DNA of 64,000 bases, taken from assembly GCA_910576895.1 (NCBI GenBank), contig CAJTJZ010000007.1:6700-70699 (forward strand), read 5' to 3'. The notes beneath the pieces were generated by a model. That model was not told where the DNA came from. It searched no databases and worked only from the letters and a program-made list of their open reading frames with translations. The stretch is from an uncultured Lachnospiraceae bacterium. Lineage in GTDB: Bacteria > Bacillota > Clostridia > Lachnospirales > Lachnospiraceae. Numbering within the stretch: the first letter of the stretch is position 1; every line of letters starts with the position of its first letter. This document shows, in pieces, positions 1 through 9,393 of the stretch. The position numbers and the translations under genes were made by a program.

Positions 1-2652
1 GAAAATACACAATTAGATAAAAAACAAATCCAAAAGGAAAAAATCAAATTAATGCAGAAAGTTTTTGCTGATCAGCGTACAATCATTCGTGAAGTACTTG
101 GAAAAGAAAAGGCAGAGAAAGCAGTACAAGTATTTATACCATATAAAGAAGTTCTTGATTTGTATAATGCAGGACTTGATGTGCCAGAGGATGTGACAAT
201 GATATGGGCGAATGATAATTTTGGTCATATGAGAAGATACCCGAACAAAGAGGAACTTACTAGAAAGGGTGGGCATGGTCTTTATTTTCATAATTCTTAT
301 TGGGCTCATCCAGAAATGAGTTATTTGTTTATTAATTCCATTCCACTGGCACAAACAGGAAATGAGTTGGAGAAGGCTTATAAGAAAGGCATTCATAAAC
401 TGTGGGTATTAAATGTTGGAGCAATAAAACCACTGGAAATGGATATGGAGTATTTTATTTGTTATGGATGGGAAGCAGGAAAGGAAAAGGCAATTACTAA
501 GAATCCAGAGCAGTTTGTAAAGAAGTGGGTGAATCATAACTTTTCAGGGGAGTTTGGCAAGGAAGTGGCAGATTTATATGGAAAATATGCACAGATAACA
601 AATGTGAGAAAGGTAGAACATTTAGTATCCGATGTTTTTGCTCAAGAAGGTTATGGTGATGAAGCAGGAAGAAGACTTATTAGGCTGAAGGATTTATATG
701 ACAGGGGAAATCAAATATGGCATTGTCTTCCTAAAAATGAAAAAGATTCTTTCTTTGAATTGTTTCTTATGAAAATCCATGCATCTTTTTGGAGCAATGC
801 AGAATATTATTTTGCCGATCGAAGTAGATTATGTTATAATAGAGGGCTTGGTAAAGCTGCAGATCAATATATTGACTGTTCCAGAATTATGATGGACTGC
901 CGAAGAGGAATGCTTTATTTTTATAATTATATTATGTGTAATGGAAAATGGAGTCATATATTGACTCCAGAAGCATTTCCACCACCAAAAATACCACTAT
1001 ATCCAGCGGGAAAACCAGCATTGCTTATAACAGGAAAACCGCATATGAGTGTTATTACATGGGACGGAGAGAGAATAGAAGAAAAAGGGGAGTTGGTTTT
1101 TTATGAATCAGGAATACAAAGAAAATGGATTGAGATAGGTAATATGGGAAGTGGTGAATTGGAGTATGAGGTTCATGGACATGAAGATACATGGATTACT
1201 ATTTCGCAAGCAAGAGGAAAGATAAAAACAGAAAAAAGAATCTATATAGAAACAGTAAAGGATTATAATGGTGAACAAAAAGAAATTTTGCTAAAACTGT
1301 ATGCAGGAAATGGAAGAGAAAAAAAGCTTCTTTCTATAAAAAAGAGATGTTGTGATATGGAAAAGAAGGATTTTCATGGTTGTATGGAAGCAGATGGTGG
1401 AGTTGCTATTCCAGCAGTTTGTTTTTATAGAGCAAAAAATATACAAGTGATATCTGGTCTGGGACGTATGAGTAATGACGCAGTTATGGCATTGCCGAAG
1501 AAAGGAAAAAAGTCAGTACTGGAATATACATTTTATACATATTCTTATGGCGAATTTGAAGTGGAAATCTGTCGCTATGTCACACTTAATTCCTGCGGAC
1601 GTATTCGGATGGAGGTGAAAATAGATGAAAATACACCTGTTATACTTGAATCTGCAATTACAGATGAATGGAAAGAAGGCTGGAAAGAAAGTATACTAAA
1701 TAATGGAGAAAAGTTATCTTTTATTTGGAATAATAAAGAAAAAGGAATACACACACTAATAATTTCAATTCCAGATGAATTTGTAACAATTGACAGGATC
1801 AATATTTATACTATGCCTAGAAAAAAGAATAATCTGGGATTATTATGTACTTTGGAAAAAGATGGATATGATGTGATATATCCAAAAGATATGCCAGAAA
1901 TTGATATGGATAAGATTCAACAAGAAACGGAGTGTTTCTATCAAATAGTTTGTAAAGAGATTCCTTTGCCAAATCAGGTATATGCAGGGAAGAATTTTTG
2001 GAAAATTGACCGTTTATATGCACATAATGAGGAATATCCACAAAAAGGGAGAGGGAAAAAAAGAAATTATTCTTTTGATGAACAGACAGAAAAAAATGTA
2101 GTAAAGGAAATTACAAAAACAGATTTAAGAGAATCACAAGGGAGATTATGTATAGAAGCAGAATATGTGCTTGCAGAATCCAATGTAGCATGGAGAACTT
2201 TTAGTAAAGATGGGAAGCAAAGATGGGAACATTTACAATCAGAAACAGCAGGACGTACCGGACTTGCTATGCAATTGGAACAAGCGGGTGTCATTTATGA
2301 AAAACCAGAAGATGCTCCGGGATTGAACTATAGAATAACAATACAACATGAGGGAGTTTACCATGTGTGGCTATTATTGTATATTCCAGATGATAGGTCG
2401 GATTTGTTTGTTTTAGCAGTAGATGGTATTGTCCAGCCTTTGCAAGAGCAATTTTCGAAAGGAGGTCAGTTTACGTATGGAACTTCTCATATTTATTATT
2501 GGAATCTGATTTCAGATATACAATTAACATCACAAGAACATGTTTTTAGTATTTTTCCAATAAAAAGTGGTTTTAGAGTAGACAGAATCTATCTGACAAT
2601 GGGAGAGGAACTTCCACCAAATGATTATGAATGGGATAAAATAATAAGATAA
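1..2652 (+). CDS. Glycoside hydrolase family 115-like (alpha-glucuronidase type), 5' end outside the window
   Basis: Frame 1 is open from base 1 with no stop before the listed Met at 52, so the gene begins upstream. The core NDNFGHMRRYP..GGHGLYFHNSYWAHP..LWVLNVGAIKPLEMDMEYF matches my memory of the GH115 catalytic region. A long beta-rich C-terminal part follows. Confidence 0.6.
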   Translation, partial: ENTQLDKKQIQKEKIKLMQKVFADQRTIIREVLGKEKAEKAVQVFIPYKEVLDLYNAGLDVPEDVTMIWANDNFGHMRRYPNKEELTRKGGHGLYFHNSYWAHPEMSYLFINSIPLAQTGNELEKAYKKGIHKLWVLNVGAIKPLEMDMEYFICYGWEAGKEKAITKNPEQFVKKWVNHNFSGEFGKEVADLYGKYAQITNVRKVEHLVSDVFAQEGYGDEAGRRLIRLKDLYDRGNQIWHCLPKNEKDSFFELFLMKIHASFWSNAEYYFADRSRLCYNRGLGKAADQYIDCSRIMMDCRRGMLYFYNYIMCNGKWSHILTPEAFPPPKIPLYPAGKPALLITGKPHMSVITWDGERIEEKGELVFYESGIQRKWIEIGNMGSGELEYEVHGHEDTWITISQARGKIKTEKRIYIETVKDYNGEQKEILLKLYAGNGREKKLLSIKKRCCDMEKKDFHGCMEADGGVAIPAVCFYRAKNIQVISGLGRMSNDAVMALPKKGKKSVLEYTFYTYSYGEFEVEICRYVTLNSCGRIRMEVKIDENTPVILESAITDEWKEGWKESILNNGEKLSFIWNNKEKGIHTLIISIPDEFVTIDRINIYTMPRKKNNLGLLCTLEKDGYDVIYPKDMPEIDMDKIQQETECFYQIVCKEIPLPNQVYAGKNFWKIDRLYAHNEEYPQKGRGKKRNYSFDEQTEKNVVKEITKTDLRESQGRLCIEAEYVLAESNVAWRTFSKDGKQRWEHLQSETAGRTGLAMQLEQAGVIYEKPEDAPGLNYRITIQHEGVYHVWLLLYIPDDRSDLFVLAVDGIVQPLQEQFSKGGQFTYGTSHIYYWNLISDIQLTSQEHVFSIFPIKSGFRVDRIYLTMGEELPPNDYEWDKIIR

Positions 2653-2862
2653 TAGGGGCATTTCTGAGGCTTCACTACCAATATCGGTTAATACTCCGGC
2701 AACATCACGATAAGGCATACTATATCGTTGTGATAAGTATCGCATAGATGCACCCATTTCACCATCTGGTCCTCCATACTGGCTGATAATCAGTTGTGCC
2801 AGTTTTGGATTTGTGGTTGTAATATTTACCGGATATTCAAGTCTTTTTTCATAATTCCACAT
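2530..2862 (-). pseudogene. cotJC: cotJC (Mn-catalase-like spore coat protein) N-terminal fragment, truncated
   Basis: MWNYEKRLEYPVNITTTNPKLAQLIISQYGGPDGEMGASMRYLSQRYSMPYRDVAGVLTDIGSE is a typical CotJC/Mn-catalase N-terminus. Similarity stops near 2670. The rest of the ORF is antisense to the GH115 3' end, and full-length CotJC is about 190 aa. Confidence 0.7.
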
Positions 2863-2982
2863 ACGAAACCTCCATATTACAATGATTCTATTGATGATAA
2901 ATAATTTAATTCCGTTTTTATACTATATATTTTGTATTAATAGATTAATATAATAGACAAAGTCTTAATGTTTATATAAAAA

Positions 2983-3258
2983 TTATTCCCAAGGCCAAGG
3001 AGTTTCTATCCATCTCCAATAGTTGCGATTATTTACATCTTTACTATTAAGCGGTCCATACATACGAGTATATTCTGCTAATGCCTGATTGCGGAAGTTT
3101 TTATATTGTTCATAATAGCAGAGAGCGTCCTTATCGCATGGATGTGTGTCAAGATATAAGACAACATCCTCTAAGGCAAAGCTGACTTCCATAATAAAGC
3201 GGAACAAACGCTCCTGTCCACCGCTTCCATTTTTATTATTTGCACTTGTGCAAGCCAT
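2983..3258 (-). CDS. cotJB: Spore coat protein CotJB
   Basis: The internal ATG at 3258 is preceded by AGGAGG. RLFRFIMEVSFALEDVVLYLDTHPCDKDALCYYEQYKNFRNQALAEYTRMYGPL fits the CotJB family, and the 91-aa length is typical. Confidence 0.8.
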   Translation of the reverse strand: MACTSANNKNGSGGQERLFRFIMEVSFALEDVVLYLDTHPCDKDALCYYEQYKNFRNQALAEYTRMYGPLNSKDVNNRNYWRWIETPWPWE

Positions 3259-3298
3259 ATTAATTCCTCCTAATTTATTTGATTGGCTAAATTTTTTA

Positions 3299-3649
3299 TT
3301 ACCATTTTCTGTCACAACCGCAGTCACGTTCTGTCTGCGGTTGTGTTTCTCTGCCACAAGGCAGATTATTTGGAGTTTGACTGTTACCACAGCATTTGTT
3401 TGCACAATTAAAATTCAGTGCAAGTTCATTAAAAATTGTTGCTTGAGCTAACCCTTTGCGTCCATCGACTACATTTCTCCATTGCTGCCATGGAACGTAA
3501 GCCATACCAATTGGAAAATCATCCATTGCATTATTTTTATTTTCTGTACAGTTTGTTGTTTTTTGTTCCATATCAGAACAATTCATTCCAGATGTAAAAT
3601 TATTTCTCATTGGATTCATAGAGCCCGTCTGTCTCATACAAGAATTCAT
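3299..3649 (-). CDS. cotJA: Spore coat-associated protein CotJA
   Basis: The motif PIGMAYVPWQQW....ATIFNEL resembles the CotJA family core (AMAYVPWQ...GT.FPEL). It lies directly upstream of cotJB. Confidence 0.7.
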   Translation of the reverse strand: MNSCMRQTGSMNPMRNNFTSGMNCSDMEQKTTNCTENKNNAMDDFPIGMAYVPWQQWRNVVDGRKGLAQATIFNELALNFNCANKCCGNSQTPNNLPCGRETQPQTERDCGCDRKW

Positions 3650-3888
3650 CTTTTCTGTCCTCTCTTTCTAATAGCGATTCTATTGTCTGTCAACGAGATC
3701 ATAATTTCTTTCTCGTTCTTTTATTATCTTATGAAATCATTTGAGAACTGTTACAATCCCTCTCCTAAAAATAAAAAAACAAACTAATAAAGTTATGTTT
3801 ATTTGACGTACTCTAGTTTCTTGATGTATAATTATAAAAAAATTAAGGAAAAGCAAAATAGCAAAATAGTAAAAGAAAGGATATTATT

Positions 3889-4749
3889 ATGGCAAATCTT
3901 GCAAACGCACAAAATACAATTTCTATTCTAAAAAAATATGATTTTCATTTTCAAAAAAAGTTTGGACAGAATTTTTTAATAGATTCTCATGTTCTTAATA
4001 AAATAGTTTATGCAGCAGAGATTACAAAAGAGGATTTTGTTCTTGAGATTGGTCCGGGTATTGGCACATTGACACAGTATCTTTGTGAGAGGGCAAGACA
4101 AGTCATTGCTGTGGAGATTGATAAAAATTTAATTCCGATTTTAAAAGAAACCTTAAGTCCTTATCATAATGTAATGATTTTACAAGAAGATATTTTAAAG
4201 GTAGATATACAAAAGATAGTAGAAAATTATAATGAAGGTAGACCAATAAAAATTGTTGCAAATTTACCATATTATATTACAACAAGAATTATTATGGGGT
4301 TATTGGAAAGTCATGCAGAAGTTATTTCTATGACAGTTATGGTACAAAAGGAAGTTGCCAGTCGTATGCAGGCAGCACCGGGGACAAAAGATTATGGTGC
4401 ACTTTCTCTTGCAGTACAATATTATGCCCTGCCCTATCTTGCAGCAAATGTTCCAGCGAATTGTTTCTTGCCTCGTCCAAAGGTTGGTTCGGCTGTGATT
4501 CGATTAATAAGATATCAACAAAGTCCTGTAAATGTAAAAAATGAAGCATTAATGTTTCGTTTGATCCATGCTTCTTTTCAGCAAAGAAGAAAAACATTAG
4601 TAAATGGGCTTTTTCATGCAGAAGAACTTTCTTTTGATAAAAAAGAAATTGAAGATGCTCTTAATTTTTGTCAGTTACCACTTTCTATCAGAGGGGAGGC
4701 ATTGACCTTAGAACAATTTGCAAGACTTGCAGATGCATTTTCTAAATAA
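3889..4749 (+). CDS. rsmA: 16S rRNA (adenine1518/1519-N6)-dimethyltransferase RsmA/KsgA
   Basis: FGQNFLIDSHVLNKIV, SAM-binding motif VLEIGPGIGTLT, and NLPYYITT. Confidence 0.93.
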   Translation: MANLANAQNTISILKKYDFHFQKKFGQNFLIDSHVLNKIVYAAEITKEDFVLEIGPGIGTLTQYLCERARQVIAVEIDKNLIPILKETLSPYHNVMILQEDILKVDIQKIVENYNEGRPIKIVANLPYYITTRIIMGLLESHAEVISMTVMVQKEVASRMQAAPGTKDYGALSLAVQYYALPYLAANVPANCFLPRPKVGSAVIRLIRYQQSPVNVKNEALMFRLIHASFQQRRKTLVNGLFHAEELSFDKKEIEDALNFCQLPLSIRGEALTLEQFARLADAFSK

Positions 4750-4885
4750 TCCAATTATTATATGGAGTGATTCTTTTTTGACTTAAGTATAATTATATGG
4801 AAATAAAGAAAGGAGAAATAAAGAAAAAAGAGAAAGGAGATAGAAAAAATAAGGTAGAAGAAAGTAAGATAGGAGAAATAAGAAA

Positions 4886-5752
4886 ATGTCAGTACATATT
4901 TTTAAACCAATGCTGGATTATATTGAGAAAAATCTTGATAAAAAAATAGAAATAGATACTATAGCAAAGCTTATTGGATTATCCTCTGTTCATATGAATC
5001 GCCTTTTTACGTTTGCTTATGGAATGTCAGTTGCGAAATATGTACGTAAAAGAAAACTTTCTGAGAGTCTTTCTGATTTATTACAAGAAAAGTATACCAT
5101 ACTGGAAACGGCTTTATTTTATGGATTTGAATATGAGCAATCATTTACAAGAGCATTTAAAATGGAGTTTGGAATGACTCCCGGACAATATCGAAAGAGT
5201 AAGCCAGTGCTAACAATTACACCGCCTTTTTGTAATTTAGGAACAGTTTGTGAGAAAGGACTTTTTTTTGAGCCAGAGATTGTACTATTTCCTAAAATTT
5301 TTCTTCTTGGCATGGAACAGAAAGTACCATATCGAAATTCCATAAAACTTGCACAGAAAACGGCATTGAATTTTTGGGATAAGTATCGTTTCAGCATTGA
5401 AAATGGAAGTAATCAAAAAATTTTTTATGGTCTTACACATCACTTAGAAGAACATTGCAATTATACATATTATTTAACAGCCATAGAAGCAAAAGAAATA
5501 GATGATATTCCAGCAGGAATGAAGAAAGATGTTTTTGGTGGTTTTTACTGTGTAAAATTTCACTATATTGGCAGGCATTCTTATCGTGAACTTTCAAGAA
5601 AAACAGCAAAAAAAATGTATGATGCGATTGAAAAATATTTTTATTATCATTATGGCTTTTCTGGATATCCAAAAATTCATTTAGAAAAAATTGATTCTTC
5701 CTTTGCAGAGAAGGCTTGCCTTTTAGAGTGGTTTGCACCAGTTCCTTATTAG
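4886..5752 (+). CDS. AraC-family transcriptional regulator with GyrI-like effector domain
   Basis: N-terminal AraC HTH pair (LSSVHMNRLFTFAYGMSVAKYVRKRKL..., FEYEQSFTRAFKMEFGMTPGQYRK). The roughly 160-aa C-terminal domain is GyrI/Rob-like in size and composition. Confidence 0.75.
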   Translation: MSVHIFKPMLDYIEKNLDKKIEIDTIAKLIGLSSVHMNRLFTFAYGMSVAKYVRKRKLSESLSDLLQEKYTILETALFYGFEYEQSFTRAFKMEFGMTPGQYRKSKPVLTITPPFCNLGTVCEKGLFFEPEIVLFPKIFLLGMEQKVPYRNSIKLAQKTALNFWDKYRFSIENGSNQKIFYGLTHHLEEHCNYTYYLTAIEAKEIDDIPAGMKKDVFGGFYCVKFHYIGRHSYRELSRKTAKKMYDAIEKYFYYHYGFSGYPKIHLEKIDSSFAEKACLLEWFAPVPY

Positions 5753-5777
5753 AAAAAATAAATATTTTAAGAATAAA

Positions 5778-5808
5778 AAGCTGCCAAAGTAATGCTGGCA
5801 GTTTTTTT
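5778..5808 (+). terminator. Rho-independent terminator after the AraC-family gene
   Basis: aaaaagCTGCCAaagtaatgcTGGCAGttttttt: a 6-bp GC-rich stem followed by a T7 run. Confidence 0.6.
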
Positions 5809-5913
5809 ATATTTTGGCGAAATTTAACGGATTTGTAGAGATGATAAAAAAAGTTCGGAAAAAAATATATAGATATGATATAGTTTAGAAAATAAAAAAG
5901 GGGGTATTTGTTT

Positions 5914-8313
5914 ATGGAGAAACTGGAAAAAAAGAAAAAGGATATTCTAATTAAAAATGCACATATTCATAATTTAAAACATATTAGTGTTTCCATACCA
6001 AAAGAAAAACTTACTGTAATTACAGGAGTGTCGGGGAGTGGAAAATCAAGCCTTGCATTTGATACTTTGTATGAAGAAGGAAAAAGAAGATATCTTTTGT
6101 TTTCGGATACGCAGTTTGAGATAGAAAGTGAACCGGGATTTGATTCTATTACGGGGCTTTCTCCAACGGTAGCAGTAGAACAACGCATAATTCGTCAGTC
6201 AAATCCAAGAAGTACTGTAGGGACACGTACTAAATTAAGTTCTGCTCTTTCTATTTTATTTTCCAATTATGGAGAAAGAGATAAACAATATGATGATGGA
6301 TTGCCATTATCTATGAGTATGTTTCAAAGAAATTCGGCAGCAGGTATGTGTGCTTCCTGTCTTGGAAAAGGATATAAAAAATTTATTTTAGAAGATGAGA
6401 TTTATGGAGATGAAAATCAGCGAATTGGAGATTTGTTAGAGCATGGTATGTCAAGAATACATATTTGGCGTAATAAATTAAATGATTATTTAAAAACATT
6501 TCATTTATCAATAGATGTAAAGTTAAAGGATTTAACACAAGAGGAATTATTAGCATTAAAATATGGTTCTCCAAAAACAAAATTTCCGGGTGTTAATTTC
6601 TTTGCACCAACGATAGAAAATACTTGGGAAACAGCATCTGAGAGGAAAAAAGAACTTTCAGAACATCAGAAATTATTTCTTTTTTCCAAACCTTATGCAA
6701 AGGAAAGTATTTGTAAACAATGTGGGGGTACAGGACTTGGATTACAGGCAAGATATACAACAATTGATGGGAAAACAATTACAGACTTAGAGGCAATGTA
6801 TCTTCATGATTTATGGAAATTTATGAAAAATTATATGGATAAAAGCAAAAATCCGATTGCAAGAGAGATATGTACCAAGTTGGAATGTATGAAAGAAGTA
6901 GGTCTTTCTCATCTTTCTCTTTCCAGACCACTTCCTACATTATCCGGTGGTGAAATTCAAAGACTATTTTTGGCAAGTTATATTATTGCAGAAATGGATA
7001 ATATTATTTTTATTTTTGATGAGCCTACGATTGGATTGCATGAACTGGAAAAAAAGAAATTAATTTCCATTATAAAAAATCTTGTAGAACGTGGAAATAC
7101 CGTTATTGCTGTAGAACATGATGAAAATTTTATGAAAAGTGCAGATTATATTATTGATATAGGAAAAGATGCAGGAATCAAAGGGGGAAATAAAATATTT
7201 GAAGGCAGTTATCAGGAATTTTTACAATGTAAAGATTCTAGGACAGCACCATTTCTTGCAAATAAAAATTATTTTGAAGTAAAAAAACAAAAAAGACAGA
7301 GAACAGAAAAAGAATTAGTGATAAAAAATGCGGATATTCATAATTTAAAAAATATAACTGTTTCCATTCCTTTAGGAGTAATGACAGGAATTGCAGGAGT
7401 ATCGGGAAGTGGAAAATCAAGTTTAATTAGTGATACTTTAGTTCCGAAAATGAAAGAATTATTAAAAAATAAATGTATTGCAGAAGAATGGCAGGAAACA
7501 TTAGTACAAGCAGAGGTTTTAGGAACTTCTTATATTAAAAAATGTATTGTAATTGATCAAAAACCGATTGGAAGATCAAAGACTTCTTGTCCCGCTACAT
7601 ATACTGGGATTTATGATAGGATTCGAGAATGTTTTGCAGCAACGAAAGAGGCAAAGGAGAGAGGATATTCCATAGGAATGTTTTCTGTAAATTCGCAGGG
7701 CGGTTGCAGAGTCTGTCATGGAGAGGGAAGTATTCATTGGCATATTGGTATGGGAAATCATATAGAAGTGACTTGCGAAGCCTGTCAAGGAATGGGATTT
7801 TTGCCAGAGGTAATGGAGATTACTTTAGATGGTAAAAATATTCGAGAAATACTTGATATGACAGTAGAGGAAGCAGTTATTTTTTTTCAGGATAAAGATA
7901 TAGGTATTTGTAATATTTTAAATGTAATGCAAAGAGTAGGAATGGGTTATATTACTTTGGGACAAAAAACACCAACCATATCAGGAGGCGAAAGTCAGCG
8001 GATTAAGCTTGCAAAAGAATTAAGTAGGGGAAAACATGATAGTAATAAGGATATTTTATATATTTTAGATGAGCCTACAACAGGATTATCTTTTTATGAC
8101 AGTAAAAGATTAATGCATTTATTGCAAGAATTAGTAGATGCAGGAAATTCTGTTATTATTACAGAACATGATCCTTATATTTTATCAAATTGTGATTATT
8201 TAATTGAATTAGGACCTAACGGTGGCTTAGATGGTGGTGAAGTCATTGCAAGTGGCACACCATTAGAATTAAAAAAACAAAAAAATTCGATGATTGGGAG
8301 GTATCTATTTTGA
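5914..8313 (+). CDS. UvrA-like ABC ATPase, class-II UvrA paralogue (short form)
   Basis: The ATG at 5914 follows AAGGGGG. Two Walker A motifs (GVSGSGKSSL twice), two ABC signatures (LSGGEIQR, ISGGESQR) and Zn-finger Cys pairs (CASC, CKQCGGTG, CRVCHGEG..CEACQGMG). At about 799 aa it is shorter than canonical UvrA (about 940 aa), and I see no segment corresponding to the UvrB-binding domain. Confidence 0.8.
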   Translation: MEKLEKKKKDILIKNAHIHNLKHISVSIPKEKLTVITGVSGSGKSSLAFDTLYEEGKRRYLLFSDTQFEIESEPGFDSITGLSPTVAVEQRIIRQSNPRSTVGTRTKLSSALSILFSNYGERDKQYDDGLPLSMSMFQRNSAAGMCASCLGKGYKKFILEDEIYGDENQRIGDLLEHGMSRIHIWRNKLNDYLKTFHLSIDVKLKDLTQEELLALKYGSPKTKFPGVNFFAPTIENTWETASERKKELSEHQKLFLFSKPYAKESICKQCGGTGLGLQARYTTIDGKTITDLEAMYLHDLWKFMKNYMDKSKNPIAREICTKLECMKEVGLSHLSLSRPLPTLSGGEIQRLFLASYIIAEMDNIIFIFDEPTIGLHELEKKKLISIIKNLVERGNTVIAVEHDENFMKSADYIIDIGKDAGIKGGNKIFEGSYQEFLQCKDSRTAPFLANKNYFEVKKQKRQRTEKELVIKNADIHNLKNITVSIPLGVMTGIAGVSGSGKSSLISDTLVPKMKELLKNKCIAEEWQETLVQAEVLGTSYIKKCIVIDQKPIGRSKTSCPATYTGIYDRIRECFAATKEAKERGYSIGMFSVNSQGGCRVCHGEGSIHWHIGMGNHIEVTCEACQGMGFLPEVMEITLDGKNIREILDMTVEEAVIFFQDKDIGICNILNVMQRVGMGYITLGQKTPTISGGESQRIKLAKELSRGKHDSNKDILYILDEPTTGLSFYDSKRLMHLLQELVDAGNSVIITEHDPYILSNCDYLIELGPNGGLDGGEVIASGTPLELKKQKNSMIGRYLF

Positions 8314-9290
8314 AAGAAAGCAAAAAAATGCAAGTTGAAAAAGAATTAGATGAGTTTCTTATTAGAAAACATTATCGGTTAGTAAATAGTGTATTATTTT
8401 ATCAGGACGGAGAATTATTGTTAGAAAAATATTATAATAAATTTACAAAAGAAAGTAGAAATAATATAAAATCTATATGGAAAAGTATTTTGGCTATTTG
8501 TGTTGGAATTTGTATTGATAAGGGCTGGATAAAAAGTATAGAAGAACCAGTATTTCATTATTTAAAAGAGTTTGATGGAAGTCGAGATCCTTATCATAAA
8601 ATGCTAAAAATAAAATATCTTCTTACAATGACATCAGGAATTTATTGGAATGGTGGTATTCATTATCATTGTCCTATGTTGGCACAGTGTATACGTTCTA
8701 AAGATTTTGTAGAATATATATCTAATATTGCTATAAAAGACATTCCGGGAACTGTATTTGTATATAAGGAATGGGATATTATCTTGTTGTCTGCTGTGAT
8801 TGGAAAAGCAGCAGGAAGAAATTCTTATGAAGTTTGCAAAGAATATTTATATAATCCATTAAAAATTGTAAGTAACGCTTGGTATACAGGGTTTGATGGA
8901 GTCTGTTTTACCATTCCAAGTATTAATTTTCATGGAATGAACGCTGTAGAAGAAGAAGCAAAATCGGATTTGTCAGCAAGAGATATAGCAAAACTTGGGT
9001 TTTTATTTTTAGATTTTGGTATTTATCAAGGAAAAAGAATTGTTTCTAAGGAATGGATTCAACAAGTGCTTACGCCATGCAGTTGTAATAAGGAATATGG
9101 AATGCTTTGGTGGCTTGGAGAAAATTTTTATGGATGTCGTGGCTTTGGTGGACAGGAGATGACAGTATTGCCAGAAAAACGAATTGTATTTGTTGTACAA
9201 GCAACAGCGACACCATCATCAAAATCTTATGGAGATTTATTTCCTTTTGTATATGATAGCATTACGCGAAATCTAAATGCCAAAGGATAG
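8310..9290 (+). CDS. Serine hydrolase, beta-lactamase/PBP-like family
   Basis: The TTG start sits 8 nt after GGGAGG and overlaps the uvrA-like stop (tTTGA). S-x-x-K motif in NIKSIWKSILAICVG, with class C beta-lactamase-like spacing. An alternative ATG is at 8328. Confidence 0.65.
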   Translation: MKESKKMQVEKELDEFLIRKHYRLVNSVLFYQDGELLLEKYYNKFTKESRNNIKSIWKSILAICVGICIDKGWIKSIEEPVFHYLKEFDGSRDPYHKMLKIKYLLTMTSGIYWNGGIHYHCPMLAQCIRSKDFVEYISNIAIKDIPGTVFVYKEWDIILLSAVIGKAAGRNSYEVCKEYLYNPLKIVSNAWYTGFDGVCFTIPSINFHGMNAVEEEAKSDLSARDIAKLGFLFLDFGIYQGKRIVSKEWIQQVLTPCSCNKEYGMLWWLGENFYGCRGFGGQEMTVLPEKRIVFVVQATATPSSKSYGDLFPFVYDSITRNLNAKG

Positions 9291-9325
9291 TATTTGTTTA
9301 TTGTTTATTTTATGCAAGTAATTTA

Positions 9326-9358
9326 TATATTGGCGGTCTTTTGACCGCCTAGTAAAAT
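9326..9358. repeat. Short GC hairpin (GGCGGTC-tttt-GACCGCC) resembling hairpin B of the two-hairpin repeat; probable bidirectional terminator
   Basis: tatattGGCGGTCttttGACCGCCtagtaaaat lies between convergent genes. The core and flanks resemble tatactgaGCGGTCatgtttttcGACCGCCagtataat at 42589-42625. Confidence 0.45.
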
Positions 9359-9393
9359 TAAATTATGTACATAAATATGACTATAGAGAATCA

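Noticed and set aside
49-2294. Several 74-115-aa minus-strand ORFs (49-396, 1575-1802, 1817-2041, 2067-2294) inside the GH115 gene.
   Set aside because: They lie entirely antisense to a long ORF with clear family motifs, have no RBS, and show the low-complexity composition typical of shadow ORFs. The same reasoning applies to most other short overlapping ORFs in the track, for example 17230-17565, 23457-23690, 26806-27165, 33996-34370 and 57906-58199.
3146-3787. Plus-strand ORFs 3146-3451 and 3482-3787 across the cotJ operon.
   Set aside because: They are antisense to cotJA/cotJB, which have family motifs and RBSs. The plus-strand products are hydrophobic low-complexity shadows.
4800-4885. 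Purine-rich leader upstream of the AraC gene with a duplicated AGGAGAAATAA(A)GAAA block and an overlapping 52-aa ORF.
   Set aside because: The repeat is low-complexity poly-purine. The ORF is Lys/Glu-rich and runs out of frame into the AraC gene. I see no evidence beyond composition.
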